Assembly (NCBI GenBank): GCA_017398685.1
Contig: JAFQFH010000001.1
Location: 1,052 to 65,051 of the forward strand
Source of the DNA: Oscillospiraceae bacterium
GTDB taxonomy: Bacteria; Bacillota; Clostridia; Oscillospirales; Oscillospiraceae
Length of the DNA stretch: 64,000 nt
Direction: 5' to 3'
In this document: positions 16,259 through 25,773 of the stretch, piece after piece
Numbering within the stretch: position 1 is the stretch's first letter
How the letters are laid out: each line of letters starts with the position of its first letter
Notes under the pieces: model-generated
What the model saw: the letters and a program-made list of their open reading frames with translations, nothing else
Told to the model about the DNA's origin: nothing
The model's database searches: none
Position numbers and translations under genes: made by a program

Positions 16259-17476
16259 ATGAATTACAGCGGTGTGAATTTCGATACCTATTTCAAAAAC
16301 TACCCCGATGAGAAGGGGTATTTCGGCAGATACGGCGGATGCTACATCCAGCCCGAACTTCAGAAGGCCATGGAGGAGATAACCGAGGCCTATTTCACCA
16401 TCTGCAAGTCCACCAGATTCATAAGCGAGCTACGCCGCATCCGCCGTGAGTTTCAGGGCAGACCCACTCCCATCTCCCATCTGGAGCGTCTCTCCGGCTC
16501 TCTCGGTAATGTTCAGCTTTACGTAAAGCGCGAGGATCTCAACCATACCGGCGCACACAAGCTCAACCACTGCATGGGCGAGGCCCTGCTTGCAAAGTAC
16601 ATGGGCAAGAAAAAGCTCATCGCCGAGACCGGTGCCGGTCAGCACGGTGTGGCTCTGGCTACCGCCGCCGCTTATTTTGGCATGGAGTGCGACATTTACA
16701 TGGGCTCTGTGGACATCAAGAAGCAGGCCCCCAATGTGGCCCGTATGAAGATACTGGGCGCAAACGTGGTGGAAGTGACCCACGGCCTCCAGACTCTCAA
16801 GGAAGCTGTTGACGCTGCCTTTGAAGCCTATGCCAACGAGTACAAGGATGCTATTTACTGCATCGGCTCCGTGCTCGGCCCCCACCCCTTCCCCATGATG
16901 GTCCGAGATTTTCAGGCTGTTGTGGGCATAGAGGCCAGAGAGCAGTTTACCAGCATGACCGGTGAGCTGCCCGACGCCATCGTTGCCTGCGTGGGCGGCG
17001 GCTCCAACGCTGCCGGCTTCTTCTCAGGTTTTCTGAATGACCCTGTTGACATCTACGGTGTTGAGCCTCTGGGCCGCGGCCCCAAGCTGGGCGACCATGC
17101 CGCCAGCCTCCAGTACGGCGAAGAGGGTATAATGCACGGCTTCAACAGCATTATGCTCAAGGACGAAAACGGTGAGCCCGCCCCTGTCTACTCCGTAGCC
17201 AGCGGTCTGGACTATCCCTCCTCCGGCCCCGAGCATGCCTTCCTCCACGAGCTGGGCCGTGTCCGTTACGACGTTGTGGATGACGAGGAGGCCATAGACG
17301 CATTCTTCAAGCTCTCCCGCCTTGAGGGCATCATCCCCGCCATCGAAAGCTCCCACGCAGTGGCCTACGGCATAAAGCTTGCCCAGCGCATGGGCAAGGG
17401 CAGCGTGCTCATCAACCTCTCCGGCCGCGGAGACAAGGACATGGACTATGTGATTGAAAACTACGGCATAAGATAA
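16259..17476 (+). CDS. trpB: Tryptophan synthase beta-chain-like PLP enzyme (stand-alone; no trpA adjacent)
   Basis: [21 protein letters not shown] (PLP lysine) and GAGQHGVA. It sits under a Trp T-box. Confidence 0.88.
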   Translation: MNYSGVNFDTYFKNYPDEKGYFGRYGGCYIQPELQKAMEEITEAYFTICKSTRFISELRRIRREFQGRPTPISHLERLSGSLGNVQLYVKREDLNHTGAHKLNHCMGEALLAKYMGKKKLIAETGAGQHGVALATAAAYFGMECDIYMGSVDIKKQAPNVARMKILGANVVEVTHGLQTLKEAVDAAFEAYANEYKDAIYCIGSVLGPHPFPMMVRDFQAVVGIEAREQFTSMTGELPDAIVACVGGGSNAAGFFSGFLNDPVDIYGVEPLGRGPKLGDHAASLQYGEEGIMHGFNSIMLKDENGEPAPVYSVASGLDYPSSGPEHAFLHELGRVRYDVVDDEEAIDAFFKLSRLEGIIPAIESSHAVAYGIKLAQRMGKGSVLINLSGRGDKDMDYVIENYGIR

Positions 17477-17480
17477 GAAA

Positions 17481-17512
17481 AATGGCAGGGTTTGCCCCTG
17501 CCATTTATTTTT
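17481..17512. terminator. Bidirectional terminator
   Basis: aatggcaggg-tttgc-ccctgccatt followed by a T run. Confidence 0.8.
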
Positions 17513-18668
17513 TCAGCGCTGTGATGTCAGCTTTACCCTGCTTTCGCAGTTCTCTTGTCTCGGTGGCCTCTTTAAGAAGCACATAGGCCGTGGATGCCAC
17601 GGGGACACCCAGCAGCATGCCCAGAGGCCCGGCCAAGCCGCCGCCTACAGTGACCGCTGCCAGAATCCAGAGGCTTGGCAGATTGACCCGGCTGCTCATG
17701 ACCTTAGGGTAGATTATATTGCCCTCTATCTGCTGCAAAATCACAAGGAACACCACGAAAAGAGCGGCCTTCAGAGGGTCTACAGTCAGTATCATGAAAG
17801 CGCCAACCGCAGCGCCTATGAATGCGCCAACCACGGGGATAAGGGCGGTTATACCCACCAGTGCGCTCACCATAGGGGCATAGGGCATATCGAAGATGAG
17901 CATGCCGAAAAGGCACAGCAGCCCCAGTATCACAGCCTCCAGAGACTGGCCGGACACGAAATTGCGGAAGTTGAGACTGGCAACGGAAGAGGCGTGGATG
18001 ATCCACTCCCCGGCGCCGCTGGGCAGCCATGCCCGGATAAGGCGGCAAAACTGAGTTTTCAGCCTGTCCTTGCTGAAAATAATGTATATTGAGAAAATAA
18101 AGGCGATGACGAAATCGAAAACGCCGCCCACAAGTGAGCTTATGCTGCCAAAAGCGGTATTGACGATGTTGCCGCCTTCGTTTTTAAGCCACTCCTGCAG
18201 GGAGTTCCATATGCCGTTCCAGTCCACACCAAGCAGCAGCTTACCGAAGGGCAGCTGTTCAAACTGCTCGGTGCTCATGCCGCTCAGGGTATCCACAAAG
18301 CTTACAATGCCGTCAATGATTATCCCGAAAGCATTTACAAGCTCCGGAATGACCAGCCAGACCACGCCTATAAATATGCCGAAGATAACGAGCACGGATA
18401 TAATGAAGGCCACGGGGCGGCAGAGCTTTGAATGGGCAGGCTTTTTAAGGGCGCGGCGGAGTCTGTCCTCAAAAAAGCGCATGGGCACATTGAAAATAAG
18501 GGCAAAGGCAAAGCCGCATATCAAGGGTGATATAAGCCCCAGAAACCACTTTAATGCGCCTGCCACCACGTCAATATTCTGCACCGCGAGAAATACCAGC
18601 ACGCAGGCCGTGACGGTGCCTATTATCCACAAACTGAGCTCCCTGAGCTTTTTCGAGCTGAAATCCAT
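17505..18668 (-). CDS. AI-2E family transporter (PerM-like)
   Basis: A 387-aa polytopic membrane protein with an AI-2E-like C-terminal core (...ALIPVVGAFIGA...IEGNIIYPKVMS). Confidence 0.88.
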   Translation of the reverse strand: MDFSSKKLRELSLWIIGTVTACVLVFLAVQNIDVVAGALKWFLGLISPLICGFAFALIFNVPMRFFEDRLRRALKKPAHSKLCRPVAFIISVLVIFGIFIGVVWLVIPELVNAFGIIIDGIVSFVDTLSGMSTEQFEQLPFGKLLLGVDWNGIWNSLQEWLKNEGGNIVNTAFGSISSLVGGVFDFVIAFIFSIYIIFSKDRLKTQFCRLIRAWLPSGAGEWIIHASSVASLNFRNFVSGQSLEAVILGLLCLFGMLIFDMPYAPMVSALVGITALIPVVGAFIGAAVGAFMILTVDPLKAALFVVFLVILQQIEGNIIYPKVMSSRVNLPSLWILAAVTVGGGLAGPLGMLLGVPVASTAYVLLKEATETRELRKQGKADITALKK

Positions 18669-18781
18669 TTATCATTTCTCCTTAGCACACTGTTGAACAG
18701 CATACAGTGTAGCATTTTGCAGGTGAAAAAAATTAGCATTGTGTGAACTTTCTGCCATGGAAATATAAACTTTACGTGAAA

Positions 18782-18816
18782 AATCCGGAGTCTCTCTGCT
18801 GAGACTCCGGATAAAC
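18782..18816 (-). terminator. Rho-independent terminator
   Basis: On the minus strand: tccggagtctc-agcaga-gagactccgga followed by TTTTT. Confidence 0.85.
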
Positions 18817-18833
18817 ATTTTGCTGTGTTGTTT

Positions 18834-20672
18834 TTATGCTGCGGGAGCTTCGATGACGATACGGCCGGTGCCGTTCACGGTGCCGTAGTCAACAGCGAAG
18901 CCTGCGTACTTGGCAGCAAGGGGAGAGTTGTCAGCTGCGACAAGGCCGCTGTCAAAGGCCTGTACGTAGTTTGCAAGCACCATGTAGTCTTCCATCACGT
19001 AGTCCAGCACGTTCACAGCGCCGGAGAACATATTGAAGCCGTCACCCAGATCGCGCAGGGTGTAGTTGTAGCCTGCCAGATTGTAGGAAGCCTCAAGGTC
19101 AAGGGCATCCCATGCGCCGGTTTCCTTGTTGTACACGGTCACATCGTATACCTTGTAGCCGCCGGTGGGAGCGCCGACCCAGACGCCCTTGTCATCCATC
19201 TGCACGGAAGTGGGCCATTCGGGATCAACCTTGTAGTTCACGCCGGAAACGTGCAGGAAGCCGCCGATCTCCTCGCCGGTGCCTACGCCTCTTGCGCCCC
19301 ACTCAAGAGCGTCCAGAAGCTGCTGGCCGGTGATGGTCTGCAGGCATGCCACGTTGCCGAAGGTGTGGATATCCTTGCAGGTCTTGTAGCTGATGTCGCC
19401 GGTGATGGCCTTGTTGCGCACGCCGCCGCCGTTCATGATGGCAACGTCAACATCAAGACCCATGTTGTCAAAGAGATAGTACAATGCGTCGGCTGCAAAG
19501 TCGCCGGTGTTGGTGCTCTGGGAACGGACAAGGCGCTTGCCCTCTGCATCGTAGTTGTCGAAGGTCAGCTCGGTGGAGCCGATGACCTGACCAAGAGCCT
19601 CATCGATCTCGCTGATCCATGCGTCCTTGATCTCTGCCACGGCATCAACGCTGACCCACTCAGCGCCGGTGTAGAGTTCGGATACGAGCTTGTAGCCCAC
19701 GACTTCGGTGACTTCCTCGCCGTCCTCGTCCACAACGACCTTGCCGTCCTCGCCGATAACGGTCTCAAGGATCTCTTCGCTCTCAATGAAATCGGTGCTG
19801 ACTGCGCCGGTCTCAGCGTCGATGACCATCATGCCGATGCGGCCAAAGTACTCACCGGTCTGGGTCAGGACAACAGCATTGCCGTCCTTGTCAGCCACTT
19901 CTGCGTACTCCACGGTGGAGTGGGAGTGACCGTCGATGAAAGCGTCAAGGCCGGAGACATTTGCGATGGTCTCCTCGCTGGTCCAGGGCTGGGAAGCGGG
20001 GTCATCACCCAGATGGCCCAGAGCCACGACTGCGTCAGCGCCGTCAGAAACTGCTGCGTCAACAGCGTCCTGAACGTCGGCATAGAGGGCAGCGCCGTCT
20101 TCGCCGCCGGAGATGCCGTAGATGTAGTTGCCGTTTTCATCCTGGAAGTATGCGGGGGTGGACTTGGTGAAGGATTCGGGAGTGGTGATGCCGAGGATAG
20201 CCACGGTCACATCGCCGCACTCAAAAAGTGCGTATGCGTCCAGCACGTTCTCGCCGCGCACGCCGTCCTCTTCATGGTAGAAGTTGGCGGAAACGTAGGG
20301 GTACTCAGCCCAGTCGATAATGTCCATTGCGCCCACCATGCCGTAGTCAAACTCATGGTTGCCCAGAGTTGCAAGGTCGTAGCCGGCGGCGTTCATGAGC
20401 TTGATGATGGTCTCGCCCTTGTCCATGGAGCCGTAGGCGGTGCCCTGAACATGGTCGCCTGCGTCAACAAGCAGTACGTTCTCATACTCTTTGAGAAGCT
20501 CTGCCTTTACGCCGGCAATGACATCATAGCTGATGGGATTGTCGATGTAGGTATGTACGTCGTTGGTGTAGAGGATAACGATGTCTTCGCTCAGCGCGTC
20601 ATCTGCTGTTGCAAATACGCCGCAGGAGAGAAGCATTGCCAGAGAAAGTGCGATAGCAAGTAATTTCTTCAT
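18834..20672 (-). CDS. Lipoprotein bifunctional metallophosphatase/5'-nucleotidase (UshA-like)
   Basis: The start is MKKLLAIALSLAMLLSC (lipobox LLSC) after AGGAGG. Motifs are YTNDVH, DAGDHVQG, GNHEFD and GHSH, with a C-terminal 5'-nucleotidase domain. Confidence 0.9.
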   Translation of the reverse strand: MKKLLAIALSLAMLLSCGVFATADDALSEDIVILYTNDVHTYIDNPISYDVIAGVKAELLKEYENVLLVDAGDHVQGTAYGSMDKGETIIKLMNAAGYDLATLGNHEFDYGMVGAMDIIDWAEYPYVSANFYHEEDGVRGENVLDAYALFECGDVTVAILGITTPESFTKSTPAYFQDENGNYIYGISGGEDGAALYADVQDAVDAAVSDGADAVVALGHLGDDPASQPWTSEETIANVSGLDAFIDGHSHSTVEYAEVADKDGNAVVLTQTGEYFGRIGMMVIDAETGAVSTDFIESEEILETVIGEDGKVVVDEDGEEVTEVVGYKLVSELYTGAEWVSVDAVAEIKDAWISEIDEALGQVIGSTELTFDNYDAEGKRLVRSQSTNTGDFAADALYYLFDNMGLDVDVAIMNGGGVRNKAITGDISYKTCKDIHTFGNVACLQTITGQQLLDALEWGARGVGTGEEIGGFLHVSGVNYKVDPEWPTSVQMDDKGVWVGAPTGGYKVYDVTVYNKETGAWDALDLEASYNLAGYNYTLRDLGDGFNMFSGAVNVLDYVMEDYMVLANYVQAFDSGLVAADNSPLAAKYAGFAVDYGTVNGTGRIVIEAPAA

Positions 20673-20856
20673 GTAGGTTAAACTCCTCCTTCTTGATAAT
20701 GAGACACTTAGAGTATACATTAAAGCAAAAAGAAAATAAAGCCTGAGAACGACAAATTTTTGCTCTGCTGCAAAGAAAGATTTTTCTTGTAATTCATATG
20801 GATATCGGATATCCTTGAAACAGGAGAAAAACGGAAAATACACGGGAGGAAGCAGC

Positions 20857-23274
20857 ATGAAATACGGTTACTTTGACGATGCGAGGCGGGAGTATGTCAT
20901 CACCACTCCGGCCACACCTCTGCCCTGGATAAACTATCTGGGCAGTGAGGATTTTCTCGGCATGATTTCCAACACCGGCGGCGGCTATTGCTTTTACAGG
21001 GACGCAAAGCTCCAGAGGCTGCTGCGTTACCGCTACAACGCCGTCCCCGGCGATAACGGTGGACGTTTCTATTACATAAAGGAGCGGGGAAAAAAGGCAT
21101 GGAACCCGGGCTTTCTTCCCACAAAGACGGAGCTTGACAGCTACAAGTGCCGCCACGGCATGGGCTACACCGTTTTTGAAAGCTCCAAGGACGAGCTGGA
21201 GTGCAGCCTGAAGTTTTTTATCCCTCAGGGTGAAAACTGCGAGATACACGATATGGTGCTGAGAAATCTCAGCGGCAGCCCCAAGAGCGTACAGATCTGG
21301 GGCGTGATGGAGTGGTGCCTGTGGAATGCGGTGGACGACAGCCAGAACTACCAGCGCAACCTTAACATCGCCGAAAGTGAAGTGGAAGACAGCATCATCT
21401 ACCACAAGACCGAGTACCGTGAGCGCCGCGACCATTATGCCTACTACGCGGTCAACAAGCCTGCCGCGGGCTGGGACACTGACCGCAACAGCTTCCTTGG
21501 CCACATGGGCGACTGGAGCGATCCCCAGCTTGTCCGGGAAGAGCGCAGCGCATCCTCTCTCAGAGTGGGCTGGTATCCCATCGGCTGCCATCGGCTTGAT
21601 ATAGAGCTTGCTCCAAGGGCTGAATACCGTGTCAGCTTCATTCTCGGCTACGGGCAGAACCCCAGAGACGAAAAGTTCATCTCTCCGGGCATTATCCGCA
21701 AGGATACGGCACAGCGCGTGGCCAAAAAATTTGCCACCCCCGCTGCCGTAGACGCAGCTTTCAGCGGGCTTTGCAAACGCTGGGATGAGCTTCTCTCCTC
21801 CTACCGCCTCTCCTCCGGCAATGAAAAGCTGGACAGAATGGTCAATATATGGCACCAGTATCAGTGTATGGTCACTTTCCTTATGAGCCGCTCTGCCTCC
21901 TATTACGAGACAGGCACAGGCCGCGGCATGGGCTTTCGCGACTCCTGTCAGGACCTTTACGGCTTCATGCACATCATTCCCGACCGCGCCCGTGAACGTA
22001 TTATAGACATTGCCTCCATCCAGTTTGCCGACGGCTCCACCTACCATCAGTATCAGCCCCTCACCAAGCGGGGCAACAACGATATTGGCGGCGGCTTCAA
22101 CGACGATCCGCTCTGGCTTGTGGGCGCAGTCTGCGCTTATATAAAGGAGACCGGGGACTTTACTATCCTTGAGCACCCCACACCCTTTGACAATGTACCC
22201 GGCAGCGAAGTACCCCTTATGGAGCATGTGCGCCGCAGTGTAAACTTCACCCTGAATAACCTCGGCCCACACAAGCTGCCCCTTATAGGCCGGGCCGACT
22301 GGAACGACTGCCTCAACCTAAACTGCTTCTCCGCAGAGCCGGGAGAGAGCTTCCAGACCTTCGGCCCCTCCGAAGGCCCCGTGGCCGAATCCGTGTTCAT
22401 CGGCGGCATGTTCGTAAAGTACGGCGGGGACTATGCCGCACTTTGCCGCAGGCTGGGTCTTGAGGATGAGGCCAAGGCAATCGAAAAGGCCGTTTTTGAT
22501 ATGGAAAAGGCCATACTTGAGCACGGCTGGGACGGTGAGTGGTTCTTGCGCGCCTATGATGCCTACGGCAACAAGGTGGGAAGCCGCGATTGCGAGGAAG
22601 GACAGATTTTCATTGAGCCTCAGGGCTTCTGCACCCTTGCGGGCGTGGGTCTGGAAAGCGGACAGGGCCTGAAGGCCATGGAGTCCGTGAGAAAGCATCT
22701 TTTAGGCGAGTACGGCGTGGAGCTTCTGGCCCCCTGCTACACGAAATATCATCTGGAGCTGGGCGAGATATCCTCCTATCCTCCCGGATTCAAGGAAAAC
22801 GGCTCTGTTTTCTGCCACAATAACCCATGGATAGTCTGCGCTGAGGCCGCCTTGGGCCGGGGAAACGAGGCCTTTGACATATACCGGCGCATCTGCCCTG
22901 CCTATCTTGAAGATAAGAGCGAGATACATGAGACTGAGCCCTACGTCTATTCACAGATGGTCACAGGCCGGGCCTCCGGCGCTCCCGGTCACGCCAAAAA
23001 CAGCTGGCTCACCGGCACGGCCTCGTGGACCTTCCTTTCCATAAGCCAGTCCATTCTGGGTGTGTACCCTGAATATGAGGGCCTTCGTATAGCTCCCTGC
23101 TTCCCTGAAGACTGGAACGGCTATACCGTCACCCGCCGTTTCAGAGGCAGCGAGTATATTATCCACGTAAGGCGCACAGGCGAAAAGAGTCTGAGTGTTG
23201 ACGGGAAGCGCGTAGACGGCGATATCGTCCCTGTCAGCAATGCGGAGAAAGTATTTGTGGAGGTCACAGTATGA
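20857..23274 (+). CDS. GH94 cellobiose/cellodextrin phosphorylase
   Basis: MKYGYFDDARREYVITTP.TPLPWINYLG is the canonical GH94 N-terminus; length is about 805 aa. The ATG follows GGGAGGA. Confidence 0.9.
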   Translation: MKYGYFDDARREYVITTPATPLPWINYLGSEDFLGMISNTGGGYCFYRDAKLQRLLRYRYNAVPGDNGGRFYYIKERGKKAWNPGFLPTKTELDSYKCRHGMGYTVFESSKDELECSLKFFIPQGENCEIHDMVLRNLSGSPKSVQIWGVMEWCLWNAVDDSQNYQRNLNIAESEVEDSIIYHKTEYRERRDHYAYYAVNKPAAGWDTDRNSFLGHMGDWSDPQLVREERSASSLRVGWYPIGCHRLDIELAPRAEYRVSFILGYGQNPRDEKFISPGIIRKDTAQRVAKKFATPAAVDAAFSGLCKRWDELLSSYRLSSGNEKLDRMVNIWHQYQCMVTFLMSRSASYYETGTGRGMGFRDSCQDLYGFMHIIPDRARERIIDIASIQFADGSTYHQYQPLTKRGNNDIGGGFNDDPLWLVGAVCAYIKETGDFTILEHPTPFDNVPGSEVPLMEHVRRSVNFTLNNLGPHKLPLIGRADWNDCLNLNCFSAEPGESFQTFGPSEGPVAESVFIGGMFVKYGGDYAALCRRLGLEDEAKAIEKAVFDMEKAILEHGWDGEWFLRAYDAYGNKVGSRDCEEGQIFIEPQGFCTLAGVGLESGQGLKAMESVRKHLLGEYGVELLAPCYTKYHLELGEISSYPPGFKENGSVFCHNNPWIVCAEAALGRGNEAFDIYRRICPAYLEDKSEIHETEPYVYSQMVTGRASGAPGHAKNSWLTGTASWTFLSISQSILGVYPEYEGLRIAPCFPEDWNGYTVTRRFRGSEYIIHVRRTGEKSLSVDGKRVDGDIVPVSNAEKVFVEVTV

Positions 23275-24611
23275 TAAAGTTTCCCGAAAATTTCATCTGG
23301 GGTGCGGCCTCCAGCGCCTATCAGATAGAGGGCCACAGCACTGCCGACGGCGGCGGGCTTTCTATATGGGATACCTTCAGCCATACTCCCGGCAATATTG
23401 ACTATGGTGACACCGGTGACATTGCCTGCGATGCCTACCACCGCTACGCCGAGGACATTGCCCTTCTCAAGGCTACCGGCGCATCTGCCTACCGCTTTTC
23501 CACAAGCTGGGCAAGGGTAGACCCCAAGGCTGACGGCACATGGAACGAAGCGGGCCTTGCCTATTATGATGCGGTGGTCAACTGCTGCATTGAAAACGGC
23601 CTCACCCCCTACATGACCCTTTACCACTGGGAGCTGCCGCAGTCGGCTCAGGACAGGGGCGGCTGGCTCAACGGCGAGACTCCTCTGGCCTTTGCCCGCT
23701 ATGCGGGAATGATGGCAGAGCATTTCAAGGGCCGGGTGAAAAACTACTTTACCCTCAATGAGCCTCAGTGTACCGTATCAATGGGCCATAAGGACGCTCT
23801 CCATGCCCCCGGTCTGAAGCTTGGCACCAAGGAGCTTTTCACCTGCTGGAAGCATCAGCTCCTTGCCCACGGCTATGCCCAGAGAGCCATAAAAGCAGCC
23901 GACAGCGGGGCCACCGTTGGCCTTGCCTCCACGGGGCAGCTCTGCTATCCGGAAAGTGAGACAGCAGAGGATATAGCCGCTGCCAGAAAAGCCACTTTTG
24001 AGACTAACCCCGGCTGGCTTTTCTCCCACCACTGGCTTCTGGACCCCATCTGCCTTGGCAGCTTTCCCGACTGTGATGATAATGAGCTTTCCGCTCTTGC
24101 AAAGTCTGTGACCGGGGAGGAAATGGAAATAATCCATACTGTTCCGGATATTTTGGGCTATAATATCTATAACGGCCACGAGGTGCGGGCCACGGCAGAC
24201 GGCTTTGAGCAGGTGCCACGTTATCCGGGCTTTCCCCGCACCGGCATAAAATGGCCTGTCAGTGAAAAGGTGCTGGACTGGGGCGTGCGCTTTTTGTCCG
24301 AGCGCTATGGTATCCCCGCTTTTATCTCCGAAAACGGTCTGAGCTGCAACGACAGGATATATCTGGACGGCAAGGTACACGACGCCGACCGCATAGATTT
24401 TCTTGCCCGCTATCTTGGCTGCCTCAGCCGCGCCATTGAAAACGGAGCCAATATGATAGGCTATTTCCACTGGTCGCTGACGGATAATTTCGAGTGGCAC
24501 AACGGCTACGGCGAGCGCTTCGGGCTTATATATATCGACTACCCCAGCCAGAAGCGCATCCCCAAGGACTCATATTACTGGTACTCCAAGCTCATAAAGG
24601 GTCAAATCTGA
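23271..24611 (+). CDS. GH1 beta-glucosidase
   Basis: FIWGAASSAYQIEG, TLNEP (acid/base) and ISENG (nucleophile). It overlaps the GH94 stop by 4 nt. Confidence 0.95.
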   Translation: MIKFPENFIWGAASSAYQIEGHSTADGGGLSIWDTFSHTPGNIDYGDTGDIACDAYHRYAEDIALLKATGASAYRFSTSWARVDPKADGTWNEAGLAYYDAVVNCCIENGLTPYMTLYHWELPQSAQDRGGWLNGETPLAFARYAGMMAEHFKGRVKNYFTLNEPQCTVSMGHKDALHAPGLKLGTKELFTCWKHQLLAHGYAQRAIKAADSGATVGLASTGQLCYPESETAEDIAAARKATFETNPGWLFSHHWLLDPICLGSFPDCDDNELSALAKSVTGEEMEIIHTVPDILGYNIYNGHEVRATADGFEQVPRYPGFPRTGIKWPVSEKVLDWGVRFLSERYGIPAFISENGLSCNDRIYLDGKVHDADRIDFLARYLGCLSRAIENGANMIGYFHWSLTDNFEWHNGYGERFGLIYIDYPSQKRIPKDSYYWYSKLIKGQI

Positions 24612-24698
24612 ACAAAAAATTTACACTCTTGCCGAATTAGCTTGCCATAGCCATACACATTGGGTTATAATGTCAGAAAATGTTTATTGGAGGCTGCC

Positions 24699-25583
24699 AT
24701 GTCTTTTGCCATAATTACCGACACTTCCGCCAATGTTCCTCTCGAGCTTGTCAGAGCCGAAAACATTCAGGTGCTGGCCATCGAGTGCGATATGAGCGGT
24801 GTTGAAAAAAAGCAGAGCTATCTGGACGATGCGGAGTTTGACTCCAAGGCCTTTTACGATGCCATGCGCGCCGGAGCAAGGGTGCGTACATCCCAGATAA
24901 ACCCCCAGACTTATGTGGACTGCATGGAAAAGCTGCTCAATGACGGGCTGGATGTTCTTTTCGTGGGTATGTCCTCCGGCATAAGCGGCTCCTATGCTTC
25001 TGCCGAGATGGCTGCAGCCCAGCTTCGTGACGAGTACCCGGAGCGCAGTATCCGTCTGGTGGACAGCCTTGGTGCCTCCCTCGGCGAGGGACTTCTGGTA
25101 GTGAAGGCCATTGAGCTTCGCCGCGAAGGCAAGAGTATTGAGGAAGTGTACGAGCATCTTTCAAAGCTTCTTGTGCGTATGTATCAGGTCTTCACCGTGG
25201 ACGATCTCAACTACCTGCGCCGCGGCGGCCGCCTTTCCAACGCCGCAGCCATTGCCGGCATCGTGCTGAACATCAAGCCCATACTCAAGGGCAACGAAAA
25301 CGGCAAAATAGTCTCCTTTGAGAAGATAAGAGGCCGCAAGCGCACCATTGAAAGACTGGCTGAGAAGTACGACGAGCTGGTTGTGGAGCCTGAAAATCAG
25401 ATAATCGGCATATCTCACGCCGACTGTCCCGAGGATGCCCAGAAGCTTATCGAGCTTATAAGCCGCAACAAGCCCCCCAAGGAGATCATGCTGGTGGATC
25501 ATGAGCCTGCCACAGGCTCCTACCTTGGCCCCGGCGCTCTGGCACTGTATTTTGCCGGCGACGAGGAGTGCAGATATAAGTAA
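24699..25583 (+). CDS. DegV-family fatty-acid-binding protein
   Basis: FAIITDTSANVP, TSQINP and the SSGISGSY motif. The ATG at 24699 follows GGAGG. Confidence 0.9.
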   Translation: MSFAIITDTSANVPLELVRAENIQVLAIECDMSGVEKKQSYLDDAEFDSKAFYDAMRAGARVRTSQINPQTYVDCMEKLLNDGLDVLFVGMSSGISGSYASAEMAAAQLRDEYPERSIRLVDSLGASLGEGLLVVKAIELRREGKSIEEVYEHLSKLLVRMYQVFTVDDLNYLRRGGRLSNAAAIAGIVLNIKPILKGNENGKIVSFEKIRGRKRTIERLAEKYDELVVEPENQIIGISHADCPEDAQKLIELISRNKPPKEIMLVDHEPATGSYLGPGALALYFAGDEECRYK

Positions 25584-25590
25584 AAATCCA

Positions 25591-25627
25591 AAAAATGACC
25601 CGTATTCTTTGAGACGGGTCATTTTTC
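25591..25627 (+). terminator. Rho-independent terminator
   Basis: aaaatgacccgt...acgggtcatttt followed by TC. Confidence 0.8.
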
Positions 25628-25631
25628 ACGC

Positions 25632-25660
25632 TTGACTATATGATGCGAAAATAGTATAAT
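25632..25660 (+). promoter_or_regulatory. SigA-type promoter
   Basis: TTGACT, a 17-nt spacer, then TATAAT (25655-25660). Confidence 0.75.
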
Positions 25661-25773
25661 TTTTCAGCATTGCGTCAGAAAACGTATTTTTCACGGTTTG
25701 CAGCGGACACGCTGCGGCTCGTGCTGCGATACAAGAGACATATATAAGATAAGAAAACGAAGGGACGGACGGG

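Noticed and set aside
20673-20858. N-terminal extension of the 5'-nucleotidase ORF (start at 20858), and the 20815 start for GH94.
   Set aside because: Internal starts at 20672 (signal peptide/lipobox directly after AGGAGG) and 20857 (canonical GH94 N-terminus after GGGAGGA) fit much better. The extensions would overlap the divergent promoter region.
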